Shown: positions 50,737-59,850 of the stretch, piece after piece | How the letters are laid out: every line of letters begins with the position of its first letter | How positions within the stretch are numbered: position 1 is the stretch's first letter | DNA from: an uncultured Acidobacteriaceae bacterium | Lineage (GTDB): Bacteria; Acidobacteriota; Terriglobia; Terriglobales; Acidobacteriaceae | Assembly: GCA_963720245.1 (NCBI GenBank) | Contig: CAVREU010000004.1 | Span: forward strand, 404,469-468,468 | Length of the DNA: 64,000 nt | Direction of reading: 5' to 3' | The notes under the pieces: model-generated | Told to the model about the DNA's origin: nothing | Databases searched by the model: none | What the model saw: the letters and a program-made list of their open reading frames with translations, nothing else | Program-made: the position numbers and the translations under genes

Positions 50737-52928
50737 CTACTCCGCATCCTTAACGCACCGAAAACCAACCCCGCCCGACCGGTCATAACTCGGAGCCATC
50801 AGCAGCAGCTTCCCATGCTGGTCATTCCGATAAGCCTGAGGAAAATACCAGATCGACCCCTGCGGCCGGTAATACTCGCCACCACGAAGAATCGCCGCCC
50901 GAGTGTGTTCGTCAGAATATTCATCCGTCCACTGCCAGACATTCCCCACCATATCCATTACCCCAAACGGACTAGCCCCACCAGGATGCGCATCCACATC
51001 ATCCGGCCCACGCATCTTGCGCCCCTTATCAGGCACAGGCACCGCGTCATCCTTCCACGAATTTCCCCATGGATACACACGTAGCTCCGCACCCTGCGCC
51101 GCATACTGCCACTCCCATTCACTCGGCAACCGCTTCCCCGCCCAGGCCGCATACGCCCGCGCATCCTCTAGCGAAATCCAGGTCACCGGCTTCTTCCCCC
51201 ATCCAGCCGGATAAGTTCCCTCACTCCAGTCCTTCAGAAAATTCAACGCATCTTTCGGCTGATAGTGAGTCGCATCCAGGAATGCTTTGAACTCCTCATT
51301 CGTCACCGGATACTTATCGATAAAGAAGCTCGCCACCTGAACCGCATGCTCGTGATATCGCCGCGGAGTGTCCTCCCACGGATACTGCACATCCACACCC
51401 GGATCATTCGATCCCTCAATCTCGATTCCCTCCACCTTGAAGAGATAAGCCCCACCCGGAATCCGCACCATACCCTCCGGCGCACTACTCGCCCGCGCAG
51501 TCGCCCTCACCTCAACCAGCGTCTGCAGCAATGGCTTCCATTCATGCGAATAACTCGATAGCGGAGTCGCCGTAAGCCCCTTCATCTTCGCCATCAACTG
51601 CTCGATCTGTGCGCTCGGCTCTCCGCCCGTCGCCAACACCGCCCCATAACCATGCGCGTCAAACGCAAAACTCAGCACCGACTGATCGCCCTCACGAACC
51701 GGATGCAGCTCCACCCCGTGATACAGATCGAAATACCGCATCCCCGCCTGATAAGGCACGCTCATCTGCCGCCCATCCAGGTCATAGTCATTGCGATTGA
51801 CGATCGTCCATACCGTCTGCGACCCCAGCGGCCACCGGCTCGCAAAGACCCCATACCGAAGCGTCGGAGTAAAACGGCTCCCATTCCTGGCTCACCAAAA
51901 ACGGCGCAACCGCCCGCTCGATAGTCGCAACCCGCCGCGTCGCCTCAGCGTCCCTCGGAGTGATCCCGTTCCAGATGCCCCAAACATTCTCCCAACTCTC
52001 CCAGCCCTCGCCATTGAAGAAGGCGAACTGCAGATCGTCAGTCTTGTCATGGTTCCACCGGTCCGAGATGTTGACCTCATGCCGCGGCTCAAGCCAGCGA
52101 TACCGGTCGACCGTCGGCACAAACTGGAACTGATACTGCCCCCACGTCAGCACATTCCACGCCAGCGCCTCATCACTGCGGCCCACCCTCCGGCTCAAAA
52201 GCCAGCGGATGCCCAATCTTGTCAGCAGCCAGTGAAAACGCCAGCGGGACACCATCCTGCGTATCGCCATTGATGCCGTCCGCATCGATCTCCTTCATCA
52301 ACTCCGCAATCGCATCCGGCCACGGATTTTCTGGTTCCCGAGTCCCCTGATCCCACATCATCATCGGAAACAACACCCTCACCCCACGGCGATGAAAATC
52401 CTCCACCATCTGCCGCACCCCAGCCACACCACCCGGCATCGAACGCACCATATCCAACTGGTTTCGATCGTCGATCCCCATGTTCGGATAAGTCGCCCAC
52501 ACCAACACCGCATCAATCCCGCCATACCGCTTGTCAAGATCGTCAACGTAGCGATCAACCGTATACTTCCCCGCCACCGGATCGTAGAAATACCGGTCCT
52601 GCACCATCATCTGCGGCTGAAAGAAACTCGACTGCGTCCACTTCAGCGCTGGCATCTCATACCGCGCTGGATCATACCCAACCCGAATCCGCCGCTCCAT
52701 CCGCCAATGCGAAACATCAGCCAGCCAGTCTCTATGCGCGTTCTCCGCGCACGGCATCGAACCGCCCTCCCACGGCATATGCGCCACCAAACACCCCGGC
52801 CCAGGAATCTGCTGCCCCTTCGGTGCGTATTTCGTGTCCTGAGCGCCGCAACGCTGCGCCACGGCCCCCAGCAAAGCGAAACAACCCGCACAAATAAGCC
52901 CCGCGCCGAACCTCGCCGCCTTCTTCAT
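50737..52928 (-). CDS. Secreted protein: TIM-barrel glycoside-hydrolase-like N-terminal domain plus FGE/SUMF1-like C-terminal domain; two +1 insertions (about 52180 and 51871)
   Basis: Signal peptide MKKAARFG..; YPVTNEEF, KPVTWIS..DARAYAAWAGKRLPSEWEWQYAA, DMVGNVWQW, VGFRCV; three ORF-track fragments re-join on single-base removal. Confidence 0.82.
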
Positions 52929-53269
52929 TCCGACACCAAAGTCCGCACACACATCGCGCACAAACCCAGCGTAACGACGACAAAGATCAATGGACGAAAA
53001 TCGAAGACATTCCCGATAAGAATTCCAAACCGGATCGACGAAGCAATATGGCAAAGGCCGCCAACCAGGCACAGCCAGCAAAGAGCCACATCCTTGTGCC
53101 GGCCTGCGCGAACCAGGTTCAACGCGCCCAGCAAAAAGATGAACAGGCTCGCCGACAGCGACCAAAGCAACATCATCGGATTGTTCTTATAGCCCAGAAA
53201 AGATCCAAACGTATGGCCCACGCCACCCAGAATCAAAATGCAACCCAGCACGCGATCCAGCACTTTCAA
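52925..53269 (-). CDS. Small integral membrane protein (about 4 TM)
   Basis: AGGAGG SD, TTG start, hydrophobic helices, stop overlaps the ATG of the next gene. Confidence 0.8.
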   Translation of the reverse strand: MKVLDRVLGCILILGGVGHTFGSFLGYKNNPMMLLWSLSASLFIFLLGALNLVRAGRHKDVALCWLCLVGGLCHIASSIRFGILIGNVFDFRPLIFVVVTLGLCAMCVRTLVSE

Positions 53270-53441
53270 GACGACCTCCTAAGGCGCGAGTAAGTTGCAG
53301 TCTTTGTACCACGGAATGAGAGAAGAGTTGATTCCCGCCTCATCATCGTGCCGACCCAACTCGAAAAGGTAGAGACAAGCCCCGCCGCCCGCGGCCATAA
53401 CAAATTTTGACGCCGTCGGATCAGAGTAAACTCTGAGAAGC

Positions 53442-54077
53442 GTGAGCACTCAATCCCAGCCTGACGCTCCAGAAGCGCCGCCCCAGTTACGCCCCGTCCG
53501 GCCGCTCTCGCTCGCCACCGCGCAAGGCGGGGGAAGCGGCAGCAGCCCAGTGCTCAGGGTCATCGCCGCCGCGGTCTTCGTGTTGCTCGTCATCGGCGCG
53601 TATGTTTACTTCAATGAGAAACCGCCGGTCGTCGCCGGAGAGATCCTGCACCTCACCGCCTACCCAATCCACAGCGAATCCAAGGCCAATGAATTCGGCA
53701 CGCAGTCGATCGCCCCGGTCGAAACCAAGTTCGACGAAATCATCATCATCGCCGACGTTCGCCTGCACAACCGGAGCGAAGGACCCGTTTTCCTCGCCGA
53801 CATGGCGGCGATGCTGAAACTTCCTACCGAGGAAGACCGCAGCCTGGCCGCAGGCACTGTAGACTTCGACCGCGTCTTCATTGCCTACCCTGCGCTCGCG
53901 GCAATGAAGCAGCAACCGCTGCTGCGCGACATCACCATCCCCGCAGGAGCGACCGTGGAGGGCCAGCTGGTCTTCAACTACCCCATCACCAAGGACCAAT
54001 GGGACCAGCGTCAATCGCTCACCCTGAACCTGTCGTTCACCCACCAGAAGGACCTGGTGCTGCTGGCGCCACAGTAG
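53442..54077 (+). CDS. Single-pass membrane hypothetical protein with beta-rich extracytoplasmic domain
   Basis: TM helix VIAAAVFVLLVIGAYVYF; typical codon usage; TAAACT 9 nt upstream of GTG. Confidence 0.78.
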   Translation: MSTQSQPDAPEAPPQLRPVRPLSLATAQGGGSGSSPVLRVIAAAVFVLLVIGAYVYFNEKPPVVAGEILHLTAYPIHSESKANEFGTQSIAPVETKFDEIIIIADVRLHNRSEGPVFLADMAAMLKLPTEEDRSLAAGTVDFDRVFIAYPALAAMKQQPLLRDITIPAGATVEGQLVFNYPITKDQWDQRQSLTLNLSFTHQKDLVLLAPQ

Positions 54078-54122
54078 CCCGGGATGTGAGGGTTGGAGAT
54101 TACCTGGAGAAGAAGCAGTCGG

Positions 54123-54968
54123 CTAATTGCCCGGCAAGCGAGCTGCATGTTGATCCCGCAGTTCACTCGCGCGCGCCGATTCGAGGGGTAACGCCAAAAG
54201 GGCCTTTACGATGCCGGAAAGACGGCGAATCTCATTCGACAAATCTTGTCCCAGCGCCTTCCGGTCCAGCTCCGCGTTGCCTTCAGCGACCAGGTACGCG
54301 GCGTTGGTCATGCTTTGCAGCGGATTGTTGATCTCATGCGCAAGTTCGTTCGCCATCTTGGCTGCGGCGGCAATACGCGCTTGCTCGATCAGCCGCGCTT
54401 GCTGCTTCTGTTGCTTAAAACCCATCGCCGCAAAATCGGCCAGCATGGTCATCAGCCGCGCGTCATTTTCATCGAAGGCTTCCGTTCGCCCATGAGCCAT
54501 GACGAAAATCGTGCCGCGGGTGTCTTCGGTCCGCCATGGCAGCAGGATGCCGTCGGTGACCAGCGGGGCCTCAACGCCAAGGATGTCGAAAAATCTCTTC
54601 GTGACGGTAAAGTGCTGTGCGTGTCCACGCTCTAAACACAGGCCACACGCGCTGGGATACCGCGGCAAGATCGCATTCAGGAACCCGGAATACGCTCCGG
54701 AGGTCGCTATCCAGTGATAAAACTCCTGATCGTTTCCGTCTTCCTTTTCGATACTGATGCCTGCGCTGTCGGCGCCGCAAAGATCGACCGCGGCATCAAC
54801 CAACTCCTGCAGAATCGTCTCCGGTCGCTCCAGCAGCGCCTTGGATAACCGCTGGAGCCCAGCCATCTGAGTCGCGACATCGCGCACGTGCAGGCTCCGC
54901 GTCGCAAACGCGCCATCGCACCTCAGGTCGAGGACCTCCAGTCCGGTTTCCTCGAGGATGTTTTCCAT
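54123..54968 (-). CDS. GAF + HisKA protein lacking an ATPase domain
   Basis: GAF-like region (ADSAGISI..RGTIFVMAH..FDENDARLMTMLADFAA), LAHEINNPL H-box, stop soon after. Confidence 0.82.
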   Translation of the reverse strand: MENILEETGLEVLDLRCDGAFATRSLHVRDVATQMAGLQRLSKALLERPETILQELVDAAVDLCGADSAGISIEKEDGNDQEFYHWIATSGAYSGFLNAILPRYPSACGLCLERGHAQHFTVTKRFFDILGVEAPLVTDGILLPWRTEDTRGTIFVMAHGRTEAFDENDARLMTMLADFAAMGFKQQKQQARLIEQARIAAAAKMANELAHEINNPLQSMTNAAYLVAEGNAELDRKALGQDLSNEIRRLSGIVKALLALPLESARASELRDQHAARLPGN

Positions 54969-55022
54969 GGAACTCCCATTATGGCGGGTGGGGACAAGCG
55001 GCGCCCATATAGCTTAACTCCG

Positions 55023-55059
55023 GACTGAAAAAACTCGATCTGGATCGAGTTTTTCAGTC
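55023..55059. terminator. Palindromic terminator-like element
   Basis: GACTGAAAAAACTCGATC-TG-GATCGAGTTTTTCAGTC. Confidence 0.65.
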
Positions 55060-55076
55060 TCTCAGATGCGAATCCC

Positions 55077-55922
55077 TTACGGAGTCACCGGCGCGGGCGC
55101 GTTCTTCGGCGTCGAGATATACCCGATCACCTGGTTCTTATTCACCGTATTCACGACCAGCTCGAAGAGCATGTTGTCTTTGCCCGTATAGAACTGCACC
55201 GGCTCGTTGGTGTCCTTGTTCTTCTTCTCGATTTTCTTGTCGTCGGCGACCACCACCAGCGTGTACTGGTTCTTCTTGGGATTGGCGTTCTTCAACACCA
55301 GGCTCACCGTCGAAACCGGCTGCGGGTTTTTCTGCTTGTTCAGCGTGAACTCGTAGTAATTCCGGTCGCCTTTGTGCTTCAGTATCTCGAGCTCGCTGTG
55401 GTTGGTCGCGATCAGGCCGCTCTGCAGGCCAAGGTCGCCCTTCATGCTCTGCATCTGCGCTTCGGCGGTCTTCAACTCCGTCTTCGTCGCCGCAACGTCG
55501 GTCTTCACCCCGCCGACATCGGTCTGCACATTCGACACCTGGCTCGAAACCGCGCCAATCTGCTGCGTCGCCGCCGCGCTCGCGCTCTTTTGTTCCGTCT
55601 CCAGCCGTCGTGCATCAGCCTGTTGGCGGCGAAGCAGATCGTCCGCGCGCGTCTCCAGCTGCTTCTGCGTCAGCCCAACGGATTTGCTTAGCTCCTGGGT
55701 CTCAACCTTCAGCTCGGCGTTGGTCTGATCGAGCGAGGCGCTCAGCTTTTCATTCTGCGCCTGCGCCGCGGTAAGTGCGGTCTCCGACTTTGTCAGCCGC
55801 GTCGAAAGCGTATAGCTCCAGATCAGCCCTCCGACGGCCGCCAGCAAGGCAGCCACGACCATCGCCAGAAATGCCCCAGAATAATTTCGTTCCACTACCG
55901 GTTCGTCCAGCGAATCACTCAT
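55077..55922 (-). CDS. Membrane-anchored coiled-coil hypothetical protein
   Basis: N-terminal TM, long heptad-rich region, beta-rich C-domain (GDRNYYEF..NEPVQFY). Confidence 0.8.
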   Translation of the reverse strand: MSDSLDEPVVERNYSGAFLAMVVAALLAAVGGLIWSYTLSTRLTKSETALTAAQAQNEKLSASLDQTNAELKVETQELSKSVGLTQKQLETRADDLLRRQQADARRLETEQKSASAAATQQIGAVSSQVSNVQTDVGGVKTDVAATKTELKTAEAQMQSMKGDLGLQSGLIATNHSELEILKHKGDRNYYEFTLNKQKNPQPVSTVSLVLKNANPKKNQYTLVVVADDKKIEKKNKDTNEPVQFYTGKDNMLFELVVNTVNKNQVIGYISTPKNAPAPVTP

Positions 55923-56039
55923 CGATGTTGTTTCCCTTCCTCACTCATTAAATCAAAATTTACGAGAATTGCCCTTAATTCATAGACGCCAACCGCGCGT
56001 GAAAGTCCCGCGTCGCCCCGCACAACATAAAATAGACGT

Positions 56040-57179
56040 GTGGAAACAGCCGATGTAGTCATCGCCGGCGCGGGAATCATCGGACTCTCGCTCGCCCTCG
56101 ATCTCGCCAGCCACGGGCTCAGCGTCATCGTCCTCGAGCGCGGTCGCGCTATGGCGGAGTCCTCGTGGGCCGCGGCCGGCATGCTCGCTGTCAGCGATCC
56201 TGAGGGCCCTCCACAGCTTGCCGAGCTCGCCAGGGCCAGCCTCGTTCTTTATCCAAACTACCTCGCCCAGATAGAACGTCTCTCCGACAGGAAAGTTCCG
56301 CTGCGTACCCAGGCCACGATTCTTGGCCTCAACGGCGATCGCGCCGCCACGCTCGGCAAGGCCCGCAAACTCACTCATTCCGAACTGCAAGCCATCACAC
56401 CAGGACTCGAACTTCAATACCAACACTTCCTTTTAATCGAAGAGTCCAGCCTCGACCCGCGAGACCTCTGCGTCGCGCTTCCTCTCGCCGCCATCGCCGC
56501 CGGAGTCCGCCTCATCGAAGACTCGCCCGTCATCTCCATGGATCCCGAATCCGCCCGCATCGTCGTGCAAACACCCACCGCGGCGATCGCCGGGACCCAC
56601 TTCGTCAACTGCGCTGGAGCATGGGCCGAGTCCCCCGCACTCGGCCATCTCCCCCCCAACCATCCGCGCATCGCCCCAGCCAAAGGCCAGATGACTGCCG
56701 TCCGCATGCGCGGTCCTGAAACCCTCACCCACGTCCTCCGCACTCCCGAAATCTACCTCGTCCCCCGCGGGGACGGCCGCATCATCATAGGCGCCACCGT
56801 CGAGCGCGCCGGATTCGACAAATCCGTCGAGCCGCACGCCATCGCCGCTCTTCTCAAAGCCGCCGCCAAACTCTGGCCGCCCATCGCCGATGCCGAAATC
56901 CTCGAAAGCTGGGCCGGACTCCGTCCCGGCTCCTCCGACGAACTCCCCCTCATCGGCCAAACCACCCCACTCAATACCTGGATCGCCACCGGCCACTTCC
57001 GCAACGGAATCCTCCTCGCTCCCGGAACGGCACGCGTACTCTCCCAGCTCATCCGCGGCGAATCCCCAGCCATCGAGCTCGCCCCCTTCGCGCCTAATCG
57101 AATCACGCCAGCAATTGACCGTCCACTCGACCGCATTGGCCCACCGCCAAGTGACAATCGCTCAACCGCTGCGCTATAA
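56040..57179 (+). CDS. thiO: Glycine oxidase ThiO / D-amino-acid oxidase family
   Basis: GAGIIG, SSWAAAGML, IYLVPRGDGRIIIGAT, WAGLRP, ATGHFRNGILLAP. Confidence 0.85.
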   Translation: METADVVIAGAGIIGLSLALDLASHGLSVIVLERGRAMAESSWAAAGMLAVSDPEGPPQLAELARASLVLYPNYLAQIERLSDRKVPLRTQATILGLNGDRAATLGKARKLTHSELQAITPGLELQYQHFLLIEESSLDPRDLCVALPLAAIAAGVRLIEDSPVISMDPESARIVVQTPTAAIAGTHFVNCAGAWAESPALGHLPPNHPRIAPAKGQMTAVRMRGPETLTHVLRTPEIYLVPRGDGRIIIGATVERAGFDKSVEPHAIAALLKAAAKLWPPIADAEILESWAGLRPGSSDELPLIGQTTPLNTWIATGHFRNGILLAPGTARVLSQLIRGESPAIELAPFAPNRITPAIDRPLDRIGPPPSDNRSTAAL

Positions 57180-57322
57180 ATCAAACATCGGCCGATTGTT
57201 CGCAACAATATGTCCGCGCGAGACTTTCGCGTGGTAATCGAAGTCTTTCTACCAGGTGCTCGACTCCGAAGAGTGGGCGGCCAATCTCATCGGCAAAAAT
57301 TACACGGTAAAGGGAGAAACGC

Positions 57323-58492
57323 ATGGCAACGGCGGCGCCAGCCAAGGTAGCAGGTAAGGGACTCGAAGGAATTGTCGCGGCAAACTCCGGCATCTGCTGG
57401 ATCGACGGCGAAGCCGGTGTGCTCGCCTACCGCGGCATCGATATCCACGAGCTCGCGCCCAACTCCACCTTTGAGGAGACCGCCTACCTGCTCTGGTTCG
57501 GCACTCTGCCCACCAAGTCCGAACTCGCCGACTTTGCCGAACGCCTCGCCGAAGCCCGCACCCTCCACCCCGACATTATCGCCCTCATGCGCAACGCCCC
57601 CAAATCGGCCACGCCGATGGAGGTCCTCCGCACCGCCGTCTCCGCGCTCAGCTTCTACGACCCCGACGAAAAGGCCGTCGACCGCGAATCCAACATCCGC
57701 AAGTCCTTCGCCCTGACCGCTCAGATCGCGATGATCGTCGCCTACTACGATCGAATTCGCAAAGGCCTCGATCTCCCCAAGCCCGACCCCTCGCTCTCCC
57801 ACGCCGGCAACTTCGTCTGGATGCTCACCGGCGAGAAGCCCACCGAAACCGCAACCCGCACCCTCGACGTCGCCCTCATCCTCCACGCCGACCACGAGCT
57901 CAACGCCTCGACCTTCGCCGCCCGCGTCATCGCCGCCACGCTCTCCGACGTCCACTCCGCCATCACCGGAGCCATCGGCGCACTCAAAGGCCCGCTCCAT
58001 GGCGGAGCCAACGAGAACGTCATGCGCCTCCTCTTCGCCGCCGACAAAGAAGCCGCCGCCCAGGGCAAAGACCCCGTCGAATACGCCCTCGAATTCGTCG
58101 CCTCCATGCTCGCCCGCAAAGAGAAAGTCCCCGGCTGCGGCCACCGCGTCTACAAGACCGAAGACCCCCGCGCCACCCACCTCCGCAAGATGTCCGAAGA
58201 CCTCGGCAACTCCAAGGGCGACGCCAAGTGGTACAACATGTCCCGCGCCATTGAGCTCTACGTCAAGAAGGAAAAGAAGCTCAACGCCAACGTCGACTTC
58301 TACTCCGCATCGACCTATACAACGTTGGGGATCGACATCGACCTCTTCACCCCAATCTTCGCCGTAAGCCGAATCGCCGGATGGGCCGCCCACGTCATCG
58401 AACAGCTAGACGACAACCGCCTAATCCGCCCCAGAGCCGAATACATCGGCCCCGAATACCCAGCGCCCTACATCCCAATAGCCCAGCGCTAA
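57323..58492 (+). CDS. gltA: Citrate synthase (CitZ/PrpC-like dimeric type)
   Basis: GKGLEG, LAYRG, HADHELNAST, GPLHGGANE, GHRVYKTEDPR, NVDFYS, SRIAGW..H, RLIRP. Confidence 0.96.
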   Translation: MATAAPAKVAGKGLEGIVAANSGICWIDGEAGVLAYRGIDIHELAPNSTFEETAYLLWFGTLPTKSELADFAERLAEARTLHPDIIALMRNAPKSATPMEVLRTAVSALSFYDPDEKAVDRESNIRKSFALTAQIAMIVAYYDRIRKGLDLPKPDPSLSHAGNFVWMLTGEKPTETATRTLDVALILHADHELNASTFAARVIAATLSDVHSAITGAIGALKGPLHGGANENVMRLLFAADKEAAAQGKDPVEYALEFVASMLARKEKVPGCGHRVYKTEDPRATHLRKMSEDLGNSKGDAKWYNMSRAIELYVKKEKKLNANVDFYSASTYTTLGIDIDLFTPIFAVSRIAGWAAHVIEQLDDNRLIRPRAEYIGPEYPAPYIPIAQR

Positions 58493-58603
58493 CGATCTCG
58501 GCGACCTCCACAGGACGTGTCATCCCGATGACGCGCCTCGCGCAGAACCCGCGGTTTCTTTCCGGAGAGAGTCATAAGAGGCAGGTAATCTCAGTCCGCG
58601 ACC

Positions 58604-59290
58604 CTAGCCTGGATTGGTCTCGTCCTTGAGAAAGGCGCGGCCGGTCGCGCCCTCGAAGACTTCCAGGAGCTGGCGCGCAAGGAGCTGAGAGATCATTTCT
58701 TCCATCTCTCTCAGGTCTAACCGGTTCTCTCTCCACGCCGCATCAGCCGATTCGAGCGCCCTGTAATATGGCGTGCGATCCTCAGCTATCTGATCTGGTA
58801 TCGATCTTTTTCCTGGAAGCAGATAGCCCGCTTTCAAGCAGAGCACCAGGTACGATACTGCACGCGAGGTACGCCCGTTGCCGTCCGTAAAAGGATGAAT
58901 CCAATTCAGCTTCCACATAACGTAGGCGGATAAATGCACAGGGCTCTTTTCCGTCCAATGATTATTGACGTAGTCGCACAGGTCCTCAATCATCTCCGGA
59001 ACCTGATACGCATCTACGGGACGATGCAGGCTGCCGCCAATCTCGATTCCCGACGGTCTCCAAGTTCCCGCGTACGCTGATATTCCGTCGAGAGCATAGC
59101 GGTGCAGGTGGAGAATCTGCGACGGCCGAAAACGAAAGGGCCGCTCAGGATCGAGATGGTATTCAACCATTTCTTCCACAGCGTGAATTTGCCGAAGGCC
59201 ATTGAAGACCTCGCGCTGCGCAAGCTTTTCAGGATCGGCGATCAGTTCCGCTTCGATGGCGTGACTGTGGCGCAGATTGTCGTCGCTCAA
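58604..59290 (-). CDS. Fic-domain protein (AMPylase-type)
   Basis: Canonical HPFTDGNGRTSR motif; TTG start overlaps the upstream ORF stop. Confidence 0.92.
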   Translation of the reverse strand: MSDDNLRHSHAIEAELIADPEKLAQREVFNGLRQIHAVEEMVEYHLDPERPFRFRPSQILHLHRYALDGISAYAGTWRPSGIEIGGSLHRPVDAYQVPEMIEDLCDYVNNHWTEKSPVHLSAYVMWKLNWIHPFTDGNGRTSRAVSYLVLCLKAGYLLPGKRSIPDQIAEDRTPYYRALESADAAWRENRLDLREMEEMISQLLARQLLEVFEGATGRAFLKDETNPG

Positions 59291-59466
59291 CGCTCTTGGG
59301 CCTTGTTCAACAGTTCGGCCTGCTCGTCAACCATCTCCCGAGTGACGCGCGGATTCTCGATGCGGGTATTGCCGTAGGCGAAGCTTCTGCGCTGGGCTTC
59401 GCGCTCGGCAGCGGGAAACTTCCTGGAGCGGGCAGCCTCAATTAGCTTGTCCAGATCAATGGTCAT
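59287..59466 (-). CDS. Small (59 aa) putative Fic antitoxin
   Basis: MTIDLDKLIEAAR..RRSFAYGNTRIEN..; GAAGGGGA SD-like sequence; translationally coupled to fic. Confidence 0.7.
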   Translation of the reverse strand: MTIDLDKLIEAARSRKFPAAEREAQRRSFAYGNTRIENPRVTREMVDEQAELLNKAQER

Positions 59467-59574
59467 ATGTTCCCCTTCTCCTGACGGTTTTCTGATGGTA
59501 CACCAACTCGTTATCTGCGGTCTGCCGCCGATTCCGAGAGGCCTCAGATAGGACTCTTGCGGCGTCAACGGCTG

Positions 59575-59702
59575 AGCCGGGTGCCCATAGCCTGCCCTGA
59601 GCTTGTCGAAGGGGCCGGGTTCTCGGACATGGGTTTTCACACAACAACACTAGGGTTGCCATCCTGAGCGGAGCCGCGCAGCGGCGCAGTCGAAGGATCT
59701 GC
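59575..59702. repeat. Cluster of REP-like palindromic units
   Basis: CCTGAGC..GTCGAAGG occurs twice (59596-59612 and 59663-59696); the first is nested in a CCCAT..ATGGG element. Confidence 0.65.
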
Positions 59703-59850
59703 GGTTCGCACCAATAACAACGAATCCCGATGTTCACAACCGACCGTCCGCACATGGGTCACAGACGAACACGCGTGAAAATAAGGATGCGTCCCATCTC
59801 ACGAGCACCAATCTGGAATAACATGTTCCTGAATCCCGTCTAGGGAGCGA

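Noticed and set aside
50737-51765. True formylglycine-generating enzyme
   Set aside because: Catalytic cysteine pair absent and no sulfatase nearby; treated as an FGE-fold domain only
55922-56040. TPP riboswitch / thiamine operon at thiO
   Set aside because: Intergenic space is short, the gene looks leaderless, and no thiS/thiG is adjacent; the product may be a general glycine/D-amino-acid oxidase
59287-59640. 117-aa version of the antitoxin ORF
   Set aside because: The N-terminal extension just reads through REP-like repeats; the SD-supported ATG is at 59466
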